Notes: generated by a model from the sequence alone, not told the origin. Shown: positions 49,027-59,907, counted from the first letter of the stretch. The stretch is DNA of 64,000 nt from Verrucomicrobiales bacterium (GCA_031256975.1 JAIRPN010000014.1:30957-94956), one strand, 5' to 3'. Numbers and translations: made by a program.

Positions 49027-50922
49027 ATGAGAACTGGCAAACTAAAAAAACTATTGGGTAGGTGGGCGTTGATCAGTTGTGGCGGTGCTATGCTTTCAAC
49101 AGCACAGGCACAGATATACTGGAATGGTGGCAATGGTAGCTGGACAGACACAACTAAGTGGTCCACAGGCAGCGTGCCTTCCTCGACTACGGATGTTGTT
49201 TTCGATTCTGCGAATGGTGTCCAGACAATCACCTTGGGTAATACTGCGGAAGTCAAATCGTTGCTTTTTAATAATACGGCTTTAACGACATTAAGCACGG
49301 GGACTCTAAAATTGTACAACGGACTGATCATTGATGCCGCGTCCGGTGGTGTTACTTGGTCTTCGGGAAATGTTGTCATTATGAACTCGCAGACTTGGAC
49401 CAACAATGCTGCGGCCGGTAAATTGGTTTTGCCGACCACGGTGACGGCAGGGGACAGTGATGTTACGCTGACTATTAACAGCGCGTTTGCGAGCAATACC
49501 AGTGTGTTTGCCAATCTTTTCAAGGATTCGGCTAACGGAAAATTGTCCTTGGTATTTAATAACGCCAATTTCGACTGGAAGGGTGTTCAAAGTTACAGTG
49601 GCAATACAACCTTTGAGTCAGGATATGTCAAATTATCGGTGAGTAATGCGACGGGTATTTTTGGCTCGGGCACTGTGTTTCTGGGGGGTGGTAGTGGTGT
49701 GACTTTGGCTGCGGCCGCGAGTGGCACAAATGTGTTGATTAATGATATTGTAGTCAAGGCGGGTTCGACTGTTGTTTCGGCCATTATTTCGAATGATAAA
49801 TATTTGGTGCTTAACGGTAATATTTCACTGAGTTCAACGTTGAGCTTGAGTGCCGGATCATCTTCAACCGTCAACTCTCTTCTCGCTAACGGCGTTATTT
49901 CCGGGGTGGGCGGTTTATTGATCAATGCTTCAAAAGCTGGCAGCGATGTCACCTTCGCCGGTGCCAACAGTTATAACGGTGACACAAGCCTTACGACCAA
50001 TGCCACTCTGAAAATTACCAATGACCAGGCATTGGGTCTATCGGGCAACAAGGTGCATATGGGAAATAGCTCTGTCTTGGAATACACTGGAAATTCCAAT
50101 GGCACCACTAATCAAGTAATAGGATTGAACGGAGGTGCCAAGCAGACTGCCACGTTGCGTGCCTCCGGCGCCGGTGCATGGAATGTGACCCAGGCGATAG
50201 ACATGAACGATGGCGGTTCTCAGGATAGAACCTTGGTCCTTGCCGGTACGAGTACGGCATTGAACACTGTTTCGGGAGCAATTACCAATGCGACAGGCAA
50301 ATTGACCTCGGTAACCAAAAGCGATGCCGGTACTTGGGTGCTCAGCGGTATCAACACTTACAGCGGTTCCACGACGGTTTCCGCCGGTACTTTGTTGATC
50401 AATGGCAACTCATCCGGTGTGACCAATAATGTCGGAGTCAGTTCCGGCGCACGCTTGGGTGGCACCGGTACCATTGGCGGTGCGACAACCTTGTCCGGAG
50501 CTGCGGTTTTAGTGCCGGGTGGCGATAATGTAATTGGCACTTTTACTTTCAGTAATGGGTTATCCCTGAGCGATGGTTCCATTTTGAATTTTGATCTGGG
50601 CGGTGCTTTGGGTGACAAAATTGTCATTAGTGGCGGTTCTTTCCTGAGTGGCGGTATCAGCACCATTGATTTGAATGTACTATCAGGATTGACGGCGGGG
50701 ACTTACACGTTGTTGGACTGGAGCAGTGTGACGGGGAGCACGATCAATCTAAGTAATTTCGTGCTGGATACCGGCAGCAGTACGATAGGCACGTTGAGTT
50801 TAAGCGGCAATAGCCTGGTTCTTAATGTAACCGTGATTCCTGAGCCCTCAACCTGGGTATTGATGACGGTTGGCGTTGTGGTGCTGGCCTGGACTGTGCG
50901 GCGGCGTGCCGCGAAAGTTTGA
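49027..50922 (+). CDS. Autotransporter-associated beta-strand repeat protein with C-terminal PEP-CTERM sorting signal
   Basis: 631 aa with a signal peptide, then IYWNGGNGSWTDTTKWS. Has many roughly 30-aa repeats (G.GTL.L.G.NTYSG.TTV.AGTLL.NG). C-terminus is VIPEPSTWVLMTVGVVVLAWTVRRRAAKV. Confidence 0.8.
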   Translation: MRTGKLKKLLGRWALISCGGAMLSTAQAQIYWNGGNGSWTDTTKWSTGSVPSSTTDVVFDSANGVQTITLGNTAEVKSLLFNNTALTTLSTGTLKLYNGLIIDAASGGVTWSSGNVVIMNSQTWTNNAAAGKLVLPTTVTAGDSDVTLTINSAFASNTSVFANLFKDSANGKLSLVFNNANFDWKGVQSYSGNTTFESGYVKLSVSNATGIFGSGTVFLGGGSGVTLAAAASGTNVLINDIVVKAGSTVVSAIISNDKYLVLNGNISLSSTLSLSAGSSSTVNSLLANGVISGVGGLLINASKAGSDVTFAGANSYNGDTSLTTNATLKITNDQALGLSGNKVHMGNSSVLEYTGNSNGTTNQVIGLNGGAKQTATLRASGAGAWNVTQAIDMNDGGSQDRTLVLAGTSTALNTVSGAITNATGKLTSVTKSDAGTWVLSGINTYSGSTTVSAGTLLINGNSSGVTNNVGVSSGARLGGTGTIGGATTLSGAAVLVPGGDNVIGTFTFSNGLSLSDGSILNFDLGGALGDKIVISGGSFLSGGISTIDLNVLSGLTAGTYTLLDWSSVTGSTINLSNFVLDTGSSTIGTLSLSGNSLVLNVTVIPEPSTWVLMTVGVVVLAWTVRRRAAKV

Positions 50923-50943
50923 TTCGCGAGCTTTGGTTCAAAA

Positions 50944-50969
50944 AGCGCCGCTAACTACGGCGCTTTTTT
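50944..50969 (+). terminator. Rho-independent terminator after the PEP-CTERM gene
   Basis: AGCGCCG (50944-50) pairs with CGGCGCT (50958-64) around loop CTAACTA, followed by a T-run to 50969. The stem/loop junction spells CGCTAAC, the window-wide motif. Confidence 0.7.
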
Positions 50970-50986
50970 ATTGATCGGTAGTCAGG

Positions 50987-52783
50987 ATGATTCGGGTTAT
51001 GAAAAACACAAACAAGTTATCCTTCTTATTGTTGTTCCTTGCGCTGCTTGTGACCTGCTGGAAAATCCACGCACAGGGAAGTTCGGATGTCGCGCCGGGA
51101 GGAGCCGGAGCGGCGGCGGTTAATCCGGCGGATTATGGCGGGGGAAATGTGTCGCCACCAGCAGGGCAGCCAAAGGCGGCTTCGCCATTGGCGACGGGGC
51201 CAACCGGTGAATCGATACTCAGCAATGGCGATTTTGCCAAGGCAACGAAGAATCCGCAATGGCCGGATGAATGGCCGGACGCCAACGGTGAGCCGGTGAC
51301 AAGGGAATCCGAGGACGGGAAATATTTTTTGCGTTTCGCGGCCCAGTCGGAAAACCAGTTGGTGCAATTGACGCGCGCGGTGCCGCTGCCGCAGGGAGTG
51401 AAGGGGCTGGAGTTTTATGCGAGGTTTCGCACGGCGAATGTGAAATTCGGCAAGGGTTTTACCAATGATGCCCGGTTGGTGTTTCGTTTTGATGACGCTA
51501 ACGGCCAGAAATTGCCCTCGCCCGGCGATGTGATTTTTGATTCCCATGCCAAGGACTGGACCGATGTCAGCCGAAAATTCCTGGTGCCGGAAGGAGCGGT
51601 GTCATTGAAGATTATTCCGGGTTTGAACCGGCCCAAATCCGGCGTGCTGGATTTGCAGGAGATCAAATTGTGTGTGATGCCCGCTACGGAAGCGGATGCG
51701 ATGATTGCCGAAGCTGATGCCAAGGTGAGGGCTCATGAGTTGGCGGTGAAGAGAAATGAGGAAATGACGGGACAAATCGCCGGTGATTTGCAATTGCCAC
51801 CGCTAACAGCGGAGTTGAAAGTGTCGGGCAATAAACTGGTGAAAGCGGCTAATGGCGAGACCGTCATTTTGCAAGGTGTGAATGTATGCAGCCTGGAATG
51901 GTCCGCCAAGGGCGAGCAAGTGCTGCTTTCGATCAAGGTGGCGATTGAAGAATGGAAAGCCAACGCGATCCGCCTGCCGGTGTACGACGGTTTTTGGTTT
52001 GGGCGCGGCAAGGGTAATGTGACCGCTAATGACGCGGAAGCTTACCGCAAGATTGTGGATGACGCGGTCAAATTGGCGGCGGCAAAGGGCGCTTATATTA
52101 TCCTCGACCTGCATCTGTTTCATATTCCGGAACAAAACGCGGTGGAGTTTTGGCAGGATGCCGCGGCGCGATACAAAAATAATCCGGCGGTGCTGTTCGA
52201 CATGTTCAACGAGCCGACCGGAATCAGCTGGGAGCAATGGCGCAACGGCGGCGACATTAGCGTCAAGCAGAAGGACAAAAAATTGCCGCCGCTAATCGTG
52301 AAATCGCCGGGCATGCAAGGGATTCTCGACGCGATCCGCACGACGGGTGCGAAGAACGTGGTGGTGGCGGGCGGCGTTGGCTACGCGTATGATCTCGGCG
52401 GATTATTAGAGGTTGGCGTACTCGATGACAAGGGAGGCAACGGCGTGGTGTATGCGACGCATTTTTACAACTGGCACGGCGGCTGGGAGTCGCATTTCCT
52501 GAAGGTGGCGGAGAAGTATCCGGTGCTGGTCGGAGAATTCGGCGCCGATGTGAAAAAGATGTCCTTTATTCCGGCCAACAAGCAGGAGGATCCGTACACG
52601 TGGAGTCCTGACGCACTGGCGATGATCCAGCAATACCAGCTCAGCTGGACGGCGTTTTGCCTGCACCCCAAATCAACGCCTCGCCTGATCAACAGCTGGG
52701 ATTACGACCCAACTCCGTTTTGGGGGCAATTCGTCAAGGACGCGCTGGCGGGCAAGAAATTCGAATTACAAAAACTGCGCTAA
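50987..52783 (+). CDS. Glycoside hydrolase family 5 (cellulase-type) with N-terminal carbohydrate-binding-like domain
   Basis: Signal peptide present (alternative ATG at 50999: MKNTNKLSFLLLFLALLVTCWKIHAQ). GH5 blocks IILDLHLFH, FDMFNEP (acid/base), THFYNWHG and VLVGEFG (nucleophile). Confidence 0.8.
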   Translation: MIRVMKNTNKLSFLLLFLALLVTCWKIHAQGSSDVAPGGAGAAAVNPADYGGGNVSPPAGQPKAASPLATGPTGESILSNGDFAKATKNPQWPDEWPDANGEPVTRESEDGKYFLRFAAQSENQLVQLTRAVPLPQGVKGLEFYARFRTANVKFGKGFTNDARLVFRFDDANGQKLPSPGDVIFDSHAKDWTDVSRKFLVPEGAVSLKIIPGLNRPKSGVLDLQEIKLCVMPATEADAMIAEADAKVRAHELAVKRNEEMTGQIAGDLQLPPLTAELKVSGNKLVKAANGETVILQGVNVCSLEWSAKGEQVLLSIKVAIEEWKANAIRLPVYDGFWFGRGKGNVTANDAEAYRKIVDDAVKLAAAKGAYIILDLHLFHIPEQNAVEFWQDAAARYKNNPAVLFDMFNEPTGISWEQWRNGGDISVKQKDKKLPPLIVKSPGMQGILDAIRTTGAKNVVVAGGVGYAYDLGGLLEVGVLDDKGGNGVVYATHFYNWHGGWESHFLKVAEKYPVLVGEFGADVKKMSFIPANKQEDPYTWSPDALAMIQQYQLSWTAFCLHPKSTPRLINSWDYDPTPFWGQFVKDALAGKKFELQKLR

Positions 52784-52847
52784 ATTCTTGAAGAGGCGGG
52801 GATGAGCCTGCGCGGCAAATGCATTCAGGCCGAAGAATCGGCATTGC

Positions 52848-53879
52848 CTATTGACGGTAATAGAGTTCCAAGCTGGATTTGATGCTGTAATAAGAAGGTT
52901 TGGGGCGGTTTTGGCAATCCACCAAACCCCAGGCGGTTTCGGCGGGGCAGTCCGGCTGCCCGCATTGCCAGCAGGTTGGCTGGTCGTTCCAGCGGTAATA
53001 GACGGCGCCAATGACGAAAGGTTTTTGTGCGAAGATGCGGTAACTCTCGGAGATAAAATCCGCCTGTGTCCCGGGATTATGCGCGCCGCGCCAGGAGTGC
53101 TTCCATTTTTTTACTTGGCAGGGGTAGTTGTTTTTCGTTACTTCCTCGCAAGTCATCAGGTCTCCGGCGGATGAGTAACCGAATTCCTGGATGAGTATGG
53201 GTTTTCGGGTCAACGCGTGAAATGCGTCCAGATAATCATTCCAACTTTCGGGGCCGCCCTCACGCCAAGTGCCGGGGTAACTGTCAAAACCGGCGTAATC
53301 AACCGGCAGGTCCGGATCCTCGTAGATACTTTTTGCCAAAAAAACGCCCTCGTGCCGGTCAGTATTGCCATCCACTTCGCCGGGGCGGGATGGAAACAAG
53401 GTGAGATTGATCCCGACTTTGGACCGGTGGTTAGCGTCCTTGAGGCCGCGGATTCCGGCTTTCAGGAATTCCGCCGACTGTTCCAGTGTGAGAGAGTCAC
53501 GAAAAATCCAGATATCCAACTCGTTGGCAACCTGCCAATAGTCGATCAGGTCGCCATAAGTTTGGCCCAGAAACATGCAGATTTTCCGGTAATTATCCAA
53601 ATACCGTGCCGAACCGGCAGGCCCGGCGATAGCGGGCATATCCTTGGGGCCGGGCGTGATGCCGATGAAACGAAACCCGGCTTCGCGTAATTTGGCCATG
53701 GTTTCACGATGATGGAAAAAATCGGCCGGCTGCCCGCGATTGGTGAGGAAATATTCCGCGGAAAAACCCGGGGTCCCGGTACGCAGTCCGTTTAAACCGG
53801 CGGCGCGCAGCCGTTGTCTGTCAACTTCCGTCAGCTTTTCAAAGGCAACCGCGACGCCGGCGAAAAAATTCTGTGCCAT
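52848..53879 (-). CDS. Putative clan GH-A (TIM-barrel) glycoside hydrolase-like protein
   Basis: 343 aa. WQVANELD (candidate acid/base) and PILIQEFGYSS (candidate nucleophile) have GH-A-like spacing. No signal peptide. Starts 7 nt after the stop of the upstream FAD gene. Confidence 0.45.
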   Translation of the reverse strand: MAQNFFAGVAVAFEKLTEVDRQRLRAAGLNGLRTGTPGFSAEYFLTNRGQPADFFHHRETMAKLREAGFRFIGITPGPKDMPAIAGPAGSARYLDNYRKICMFLGQTYGDLIDYWQVANELDIWIFRDSLTLEQSAEFLKAGIRGLKDANHRSKVGINLTLFPSRPGEVDGNTDRHEGVFLAKSIYEDPDLPVDYAGFDSYPGTWREGGPESWNDYLDAFHALTRKPILIQEFGYSSAGDLMTCEEVTKNNYPCQVKKWKHSWRGAHNPGTQADFISESYRIFAQKPFVIGAVYYRWNDQPTCWQCGQPDCPAETAWGLVDCQNRPKPSYYSIKSSLELYYRQ

Positions 53880-53886
53880 GCCGTTG

Positions 53887-55560
53887 TTAGCGTTCTTCCG
53901 TTGCGGGCTTGGACAATTCGACGACCTGCTGGTCCTGCTTCAATCGTTGCTTGAGTTTTTGATAATCCAGATCCTGCACGCTAACGGCGGTGTCAATCGA
54001 CAGGGCGGCGGCCGTGGCGGCGCTTTGGCCGAGCGCCATGAATACCGGTTCCATGCGGATGGAACCATAGGCGATATGGGTGGAGGACAGGCAGACAGGG
54101 ACCAGCAAATTCCGGCATTCGGAAGCTTTGGGGGTGATGGCGCGATAGTCGATTTGATAAGGCTTGCCGACGGGTTTTTGCACGTCGCCTTCGTTGCGGA
54201 CATGACCGTTGGCGTCGACATAGCGTTGCGTGTTGTGTGAATCCATGGCATAGGCTCCCATGGCGATGGATTGTGGGGTAACCGCCTTGCGCAAGACCGG
54301 CTCGCTAATGACGAAGTCGGTAATCATGCGGCGGGCCTCGCGAATATACAATTCAGCGGGCCAGTGTCCGGTATCGGCGAATTCGTCCTTGGGCAAGCCC
54401 CAAGCTTTATAGGCATTGCGGATTTTTTCGGGAACGCGGGGACTATTTTGCAGGGTCCAGATCAAACCCAATTGCCAGTTCTTGTGCGTTTCGGCGATTT
54501 CCTCGCGTTTGGCATAATCGGCTTCCGGGTAATCGTAATTCATGCCGATGTAATCGGTGGAAATTCCGGAATCATTGTTGGAATCGGTCTTTTCATTGGG
54601 CAGGGCACTCAGCTTGAAAAAACGGCTGTCCTGTCCGGTTTCGATGGCGCGGAACAAAAGTTCATAATCCGCTTCTTTGTAGTCGGCAGGCTTATCAACG
54701 GCAATGCGATTTTCCGGCTTGTTGGTCAGGCACATGCGGTAGCAATAGGCTTGGATTTTGTGATCCGCGCTGCCATCCGGGCCGCCGCTGTTAGCGTTGA
54801 CGCCGGGCAACAAGCCACTGTTGGGTTGGCCTTTGACGACATAAGGATCAATGCCTTGGGGTAGTTGATTTTTCACGGATTTTTCCGCCTGGATGCCATT
54901 CAGGGTTTCACCATATTGCGAATTCGCTTCACGCCCGACGGTGTAACTGACCCGGGCGGCGGCCATCAAGTCGCCCTCGTAAGTTGCATCGATGAAAACC
55001 TTGGCGCTAATGGCGCGGCCATCCTCGAGGCGGATTTGCGTGATAGTGGCGTTCTCGTTGGTGACGCCATTCTTGCGGTCAAGCCGTCCGGTTATGACCG
55101 GAACTTTATTTTCGGTGACCAACTGGTCAAAGATGTTTTCCGCGACATGGGGTTCGAATACAGTGGCAATCTGGAACCGGTCATCCAGGCCGGGGCCATG
55201 CTGTCCCTTGTTGCCGAATTGTTCGCGACTCTGGAATTTCCAGGCGGAATCCTGCCGGTAATACAACCAAATCCGGTGGAAATAATCGCGGGTCAGGCCG
55301 CCAAGGATGCGGTTGTCGCCCATGTCGGTGAAGCCGAGTCCGTTGCTGGTGAGCCCGCCCAGATGTTTCATCGGCGAGACGAGAATGACACTCTTGCTCA
55401 TTTTGGCAACTTGCACGGCGCTAATGACGCCGGCGGAGTTGCCGCCGTAAATACAAATATCCACGTTCATGATTTTTTCTTCATTGGCGTTCAGAAGCCT
55501 GGCGGATAAAAGCAGTCCGCAAATGGTCGCTATCCATGGGATTTTATGCAGATGGTTCAT
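53887..55560 (-). CDS. Secreted FAD-dependent oxidoreductase (FAD_oxidored family common in PVC CAZyme loci)
   Basis: 557 aa with a signal peptide and the dinucleotide motif DICIYGGNSAGVISAVQVAK. Its start overlaps the upstream stop by 4 bp. Confidence 0.7.
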   Translation of the reverse strand: MNHLHKIPWIATICGLLLSARLLNANEEKIMNVDICIYGGNSAGVISAVQVAKMSKSVILVSPMKHLGGLTSNGLGFTDMGDNRILGGLTRDYFHRIWLYYRQDSAWKFQSREQFGNKGQHGPGLDDRFQIATVFEPHVAENIFDQLVTENKVPVITGRLDRKNGVTNENATITQIRLEDGRAISAKVFIDATYEGDLMAAARVSYTVGREANSQYGETLNGIQAEKSVKNQLPQGIDPYVVKGQPNSGLLPGVNANSGGPDGSADHKIQAYCYRMCLTNKPENRIAVDKPADYKEADYELLFRAIETGQDSRFFKLSALPNEKTDSNNDSGISTDYIGMNYDYPEADYAKREEIAETHKNWQLGLIWTLQNSPRVPEKIRNAYKAWGLPKDEFADTGHWPAELYIREARRMITDFVISEPVLRKAVTPQSIAMGAYAMDSHNTQRYVDANGHVRNEGDVQKPVGKPYQIDYRAITPKASECRNLLVPVCLSSTHIAYGSIRMEPVFMALGQSAATAAALSIDTAVSVQDLDYQKLKQRLKQDQQVVELSKPATEER

Positions 55561-56339
55561 GGGGTTTTGGCAGTGGTGTTTATTTTATCAATGGCGGCTT
55601 GAAATTCCTTGGGAATGACCTGCATGGAAGAAGGAGGCTGGAGATAGGTATAAGCGCGGGTTTCGCCGTCGAATGTTAACTCGACGGGATAACGGTTGGA
55701 AACTTGGATGTAAGCGGTGGCGTTCACCTTGTTTTCTTCTCCGCTAACCATGGCGGGGTCGAAGTGTTCGGGCAAGGTGATTTGTTCGAGATACAAGCGT
55801 TGGCTGAAGACGAGACAATCAGTACCCTGGTGTTTTTGAATGCCGACAAAATTGGATTTATTGATCCAGGTGAAGCCGGGAAAATTATTTTGCGTCAGGG
55901 TGTTGTCAATGCGGACGTTTAACTGGCTGATGCCGGGAATACGTTCAACACAGGCTTGTTCATTGGCCCATTGGTCAAGACGGTCGCCTTTGTCAAAGAT
56001 GCGTTCTTCATGCCGGATAGTACCGGTAATGGTGACGGTTGTTTGTACCGGGCGGGTCATATTGATCACCTTGAGATTTTTTTGGCGGTTGAGCATTTTG
56101 GCAAAAAGCGGATCTTTTGCCGCGAGTTCCGCATTTTTTTTGTCGATAGCGGCTTGCTGCTGTTGTTCCTGTGTGGCGGATTTGGCCGTGTAACGATAGT
56201 CGACCTGCCATTTGATGTTGGCGGGAAGCTGGTTGACGATCAGCGGGCCCTTCTCCAGGGCGGACAAATCCGGTTCGTTTTGCGCGCGGGAGGCGCTAAT
56301 GGCGAACAAGCAGCATGAAAATAGGATGATGGATTTCAT
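55557..56339 (-). CDS. Hypothetical secreted protein
   Basis: 260 aa with signal peptide MKSIILFSCCLFAISASRAQ. ATGA overlaps at both ends, to the giant cassette protein upstream and the FAD gene downstream. Confidence 0.5.
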   Translation of the reverse strand: MKSIILFSCCLFAISASRAQNEPDLSALEKGPLIVNQLPANIKWQVDYRYTAKSATQEQQQQAAIDKKNAELAAKDPLFAKMLNRQKNLKVINMTRPVQTTVTITGTIRHEERIFDKGDRLDQWANEQACVERIPGISQLNVRIDNTLTQNNFPGFTWINKSNFVGIQKHQGTDCLVFSQRLYLEQITLPEHFDPAMVSGEENKVNATAYIQVSNRYPVELTFDGETRAYTYLQPPSSMQVIPKEFQAAIDKINTTAKTP

Positions 56340-59300
56340 TCGTTGACGATTTCTAGTTGGCTATCAATTACTTTGCCCGTGTAACGGTCAATGGCCACGT
56401 GCAGCCAATAATGTTTTTCCCCTTCCACTGTAAATTTGCCCAGGTTGGTTTCTTCGGGAGCAAATCGTCCGCTTTGGGCGACCAGGTCGATCAGCAGGTT
56501 CCAAGTGCGGGCGGTCCCGCAATCTGCCAAGGCCCGGATGACGGATTCGCGCTGTCTGGTGATTAACGCCATTTCGGGTGTGTCTTGCCGGATGTTCTGG
56601 ATGGTGCCGGTGGTGGCGATGAAGCCCGCGAAATTGTTGTCGTAGTAGGCGGCGGGATTGTTAACGTCCGGCGTGGGAGGTGTGGAGCCGCTATTGATCC
56701 AGGAACCCACCAGGTCGGCGCGATTGGTGATGGTTCTTGTGTTGGTTGTGTAATCGACGTAGCTGTTGCCGATGGTTGCGGCGGCGGTACTGGAGATCAG
56801 CAGGGATGAGTTGGTTTCGTCGCGTTGCACGCCAGAGATGAGGGCGGCGATGACAGGAGATTGTCTGGTGTTGAGATCAAGTCTGCCGGCGACAAGAGCA
56901 TCACTGTTAGTGTTGTCGTTGATGCAAAAAACATCAAGGAGCGCAGAGTCGCCGCTTTCGGGAAAGGAGAAATTAATGTTTCCCCAGGGTGTGTCACGGA
57001 AGGCATAGCCGAGTTCGGCGACGGAGCGAAAGGGTCGGTTTAGAATCAACGGACGGCTGGCATTGTTGCCGGCGACCATGGGCAGGCCGATGGATTGGGT
57101 GTCACTGCCGCCATTGACAGGATCGGAGGCGTAGCCACCCATGGTGCGACGTACGATGCCATCAGGGTCCCGGTTAAAATGACGTTGCTCGGCGACGGAA
57201 TCCTGCGGATGTTTGCGTACGGTATTTTCCGCCCAATAACCGTGTTGAAACCCATAGTAGGCGTTATTGTCCACATAGGTGGTTTTATTGCCGACGATGC
57301 CGACATCGGTCCTGGTGTTCATATGCGTGGCAAAGGATCTGCCGGTATCCGGACGGGCACTGGCCCAGATTACCGGGTAATCGCTATTGTCGTAAGGGCT
57401 CAACATGTAATGCAGACATTCTCCCATATGGATGCCCCATCTGGAGGTGCGAGGGTCGGTTCGCATGCCACCGTACCAGTTGTTGGCATTTTTGAAAGGT
57501 TGCAACAGGCTGTCGGCGTTTTCCACGACAAAGTTGTTGCCGGTGTAAGGCATGTAGGGAGCCTCGTCATAGGTGACCCACGTGCCATTTTGCTGGTACT
57601 GCAAGTAAAGGCGTAATTCGCTATTGTTGCCGCTTTCCGTGGGGGCGAACTGCATAAGCCGGTTGGTGGGGTCGGAGGATTGCGGGTTGGACCATGGGAA
57701 CATTGCCATTAGCAGGCCGGTGATGTTTTTTCCGGACCCCTGGTAAGTGTAAGTATAGCCCGCCAGATTACTGCCAGCGGGTAAGCCGGGTTGCGCAAGC
57801 ATGGTGGGTTCGCGGAAATTGGTGCCGCTGACGCTAAAGGTGAGTTGTAATTCCGTCGGTGGATTCCCGGATTCTGATTTTTTGTAATAGTCCCCATCAC
57901 TTTCATAAGTCGGAGAGTTGAAGACAAAGTAAGTGGCGATGTCCGATTGAGTGGGGGCGATGTCGGTGGTGCTACCTTTATTAACCCCGTATTTGAGAGA
58001 TCCCATTTTGAACGGAATCGAAGAGGGGGCTTTTCCACCGGAAGTGATGTAGGGGTCCTTGGTGACGTAGATGCGGAAATTTTGCGGGGAATTGGTGACT
58101 GAGTTGGAGCTGGCCGGATCGTGGGGATTCCAGATTTCGGGGAACAGCAATAAAACGGCGGTGTTTGCACCGACATGGGCGTACCAGTTACGGGCGCGGT
58201 AGAGATAGGGCAGATCCTCGACGCCGCGAACTTCAATGGCACTGCCGTTGGGGTCGATCAGGCCGGTTTGAATGCGGGTCGGGAAATTGTCCGAATCGTA
58301 CTGGTCGATGATATTGGCGCCAATTTGCATGATTTGCAAATCAGTCACAGTGTCGCGCGCGTGCTGCATCCAGGAAACGGCACCGGTGGTTTGCCATCCA
58401 CCCCATTGGTCGTCGCACAGCGATTTGCCGATGCTGCCGGCATTAATGGCGGCTTTGAGCAGCTCGAAGAAATTGGGTTCACGGCTGCTAATTTCGGACA
58501 ATTTCATGATGCCGCCGTTTGTGGCTGTATCCCGATAAGTCCATAGGCCATTGCCGCTGGACTCGAGTCCGAAATATTTGCGGATGGAAGCGGTGTCGGA
58601 ACCGGCCAGCAGGCCGATGCGGGACAGGGGAAACCGTCTTTTGAGCAAAGGTTCACCTACTTGCGCGACAGTACCATCGGCTCGTGTGAAAGAAGCTGTT
58701 ACCCGCACGGAAAGCAAGGAGGGGTTTATGGCATCATCCAATCCCTTTGCGTCATTGCCGGTGCCGAAGCCGCTATTGGTACTGGCGTTATTTTGGATTT
58801 TTGGTCGATTGGGATTGGGGACGTAGGAAGGTTGGTCGGTATCACGGGTGAAGGTGGCGAGATATTGTAGGGGTTTGAGTTGGTAAGTGCCGCTGGTAAA
58901 GAATTTGATCAGCTGCTGGCGGCTGGTGAAAGGCTGGTCGGTGATGCTGTTGTAGGTCAGGGTGCCGGTTTGCAGAAAACCGGTGGTGTTGCTTTGAATG
59001 AAATCGTAATAGCGTTTGCCGTTGTCGGGAAATTTATAACCGCTGGTAAAATCGCCTGATGCTTGCGCAGAGGCGTAGTTGCGCCAACCGATCAGGTCGT
59101 CGATTTCACCATCGATCATGCCGATCGAGTGAAGGTCGGCGAAGGCTTCGTTGCCTTTGTTGGCGTAGCCCCAGACCGCGTTGGTGCCGGAGATGGCTTG
59201 TTTGGCATGCATGGAGGTTGGATAGCCGGCGACGTTGGCGTCGAGGAGTCCTCCTTCGTTGAAAATGGCGTAGGCGTAGCGACCAATGATCGGGCTGCGG

Positions 59301-59902
59301 GTGCTGGGATTGGCAATCGGGCCTGTGCCAGTGACATAGATCCAGTCGGGAGCGGTGAAACCGCAATTGGGATCGGGATTGGTGCCGACCTGGGTGGCAC
59401 TGTATGAAGAATCGCGCGGGATCAGGTAGTGCTTGTTCCAGCGGGAAGGGCTGACGTATTGTCCATTAAGTGCTGAAGTGGTGGAGCTGATACTGGAAGC
59501 GAGGTGCAGGGCTGCACTGTCACTGCCTGAGCTGATGCGAATAAGATTGGGAATCGGATCGGTGCCGCTGGATAATGGTGGATTGCCGAAGCGCCTCGGT
59601 ACGGCGTTGCTGCCGCTAATGGGGAAATAGGTGGTGAAGGTGCCGGAGGTTGAGGGCGATGTTGAACCATTGACAATTTCCTGTTGCAAGTCGCCAATCA
59701 CGACCTGCAAGGCGCTTTGGCCAAGTGTCGCCGACTTGAAATCATTGAAGCTGCTGTTGGCGAGGTTTTGATAGCTGCGGGTTTGCGAGAAGAAGGCCAA
59801 AACCAATACCGTGAGCAGGACGACAAATGCCAGCACGATGATCAAGGCTGCACCACGTTGTGGGTGACCGGCTAACGATGCTGTTGGAAAGTGTTTCCGC
59901 AT
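56336..59902 (-). CDS. Giant GspK-like minor pseudopilin-type protein (resembles 'Verru_Chthon cassette protein A')
   Basis: Start re-set to the ATG at 59902, 5 nt after the upstream stop, giving about 1188 aa. N-terminus is MRKHFPTASLAGHPQRGAALIIVLAFVVLLTVLVLAFF. This is the GspK-type hydrophobic segment (QRG-[AV]ALI.VL), lacking Glu+5. The rest of the protein has no recognised domain. Confidence 0.65.
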   Translation of the reverse strand: MRKHFPTASLAGHPQRGAALIIVLAFVVLLTVLVLAFFSQTRSYQNLANSSFNDFKSATLGQSALQVVIGDLQQEIVNGSTSPSTSGTFTTYFPISGSNAVPRRFGNPPLSSGTDPIPNLIRISSGSDSAALHLASSISSTTSALNGQYVSPSRWNKHYLIPRDSSYSATQVGTNPDPNCGFTAPDWIYVTGTGPIANPSTRSPIIGRYAYAIFNEGGLLDANVAGYPTSMHAKQAISGTNAVWGYANKGNEAFADLHSIGMIDGEIDDLIGWRNYASAQASGDFTSGYKFPDNGKRYYDFIQSNTTGFLQTGTLTYNSITDQPFTSRQQLIKFFTSGTYQLKPLQYLATFTRDTDQPSYVPNPNRPKIQNNASTNSGFGTGNDAKGLDDAINPSLLSVRVTASFTRADGTVAQVGEPLLKRRFPLSRIGLLAGSDTASIRKYFGLESSGNGLWTYRDTATNGGIMKLSEISSREPNFFELLKAAINAGSIGKSLCDDQWGGWQTTGAVSWMQHARDTVTDLQIMQIGANIIDQYDSDNFPTRIQTGLIDPNGSAIEVRGVEDLPYLYRARNWYAHVGANTAVLLLFPEIWNPHDPASSNSVTNSPQNFRIYVTKDPYITSGGKAPSSIPFKMGSLKYGVNKGSTTDIAPTQSDIATYFVFNSPTYESDGDYYKKSESGNPPTELQLTFSVSGTNFREPTMLAQPGLPAGSNLAGYTYTYQGSGKNITGLLMAMFPWSNPQSSDPTNRLMQFAPTESGNNSELRLYLQYQQNGTWVTYDEAPYMPYTGNNFVVENADSLLQPFKNANNWYGGMRTDPRTSRWGIHMGECLHYMLSPYDNSDYPVIWASARPDTGRSFATHMNTRTDVGIVGNKTTYVDNNAYYGFQHGYWAENTVRKHPQDSVAEQRHFNRDPDGIVRRTMGGYASDPVNGGSDTQSIGLPMVAGNNASRPLILNRPFRSVAELGYAFRDTPWGNINFSFPESGDSALLDVFCINDNTNSDALVAGRLDLNTRQSPVIAALISGVQRDETNSSLLISSTAAATIGNSYVDYTTNTRTITNRADLVGSWINSGSTPPTPDVNNPAAYYDNNFAGFIATTGTIQNIRQDTPEMALITRQRESVIRALADCGTARTWNLLIDLVAQSGRFAPEETNLGKFTVEGEKHYWLHVAIDRYTGKVIDSQLEIVNE

Positions 59903-59907
59903 AGGAT

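Noticed and set aside
47198-53900. Genomic island or mobile element integrated at tRNA-Lys.
   Set aside because: I found no integrase, transposase, phage gene or direct repeat of the tRNA 3' end in the flanking DNA. The only evidence is an AT-rich spacer and low motif density, so this is reported as a question and not as a mobile element.
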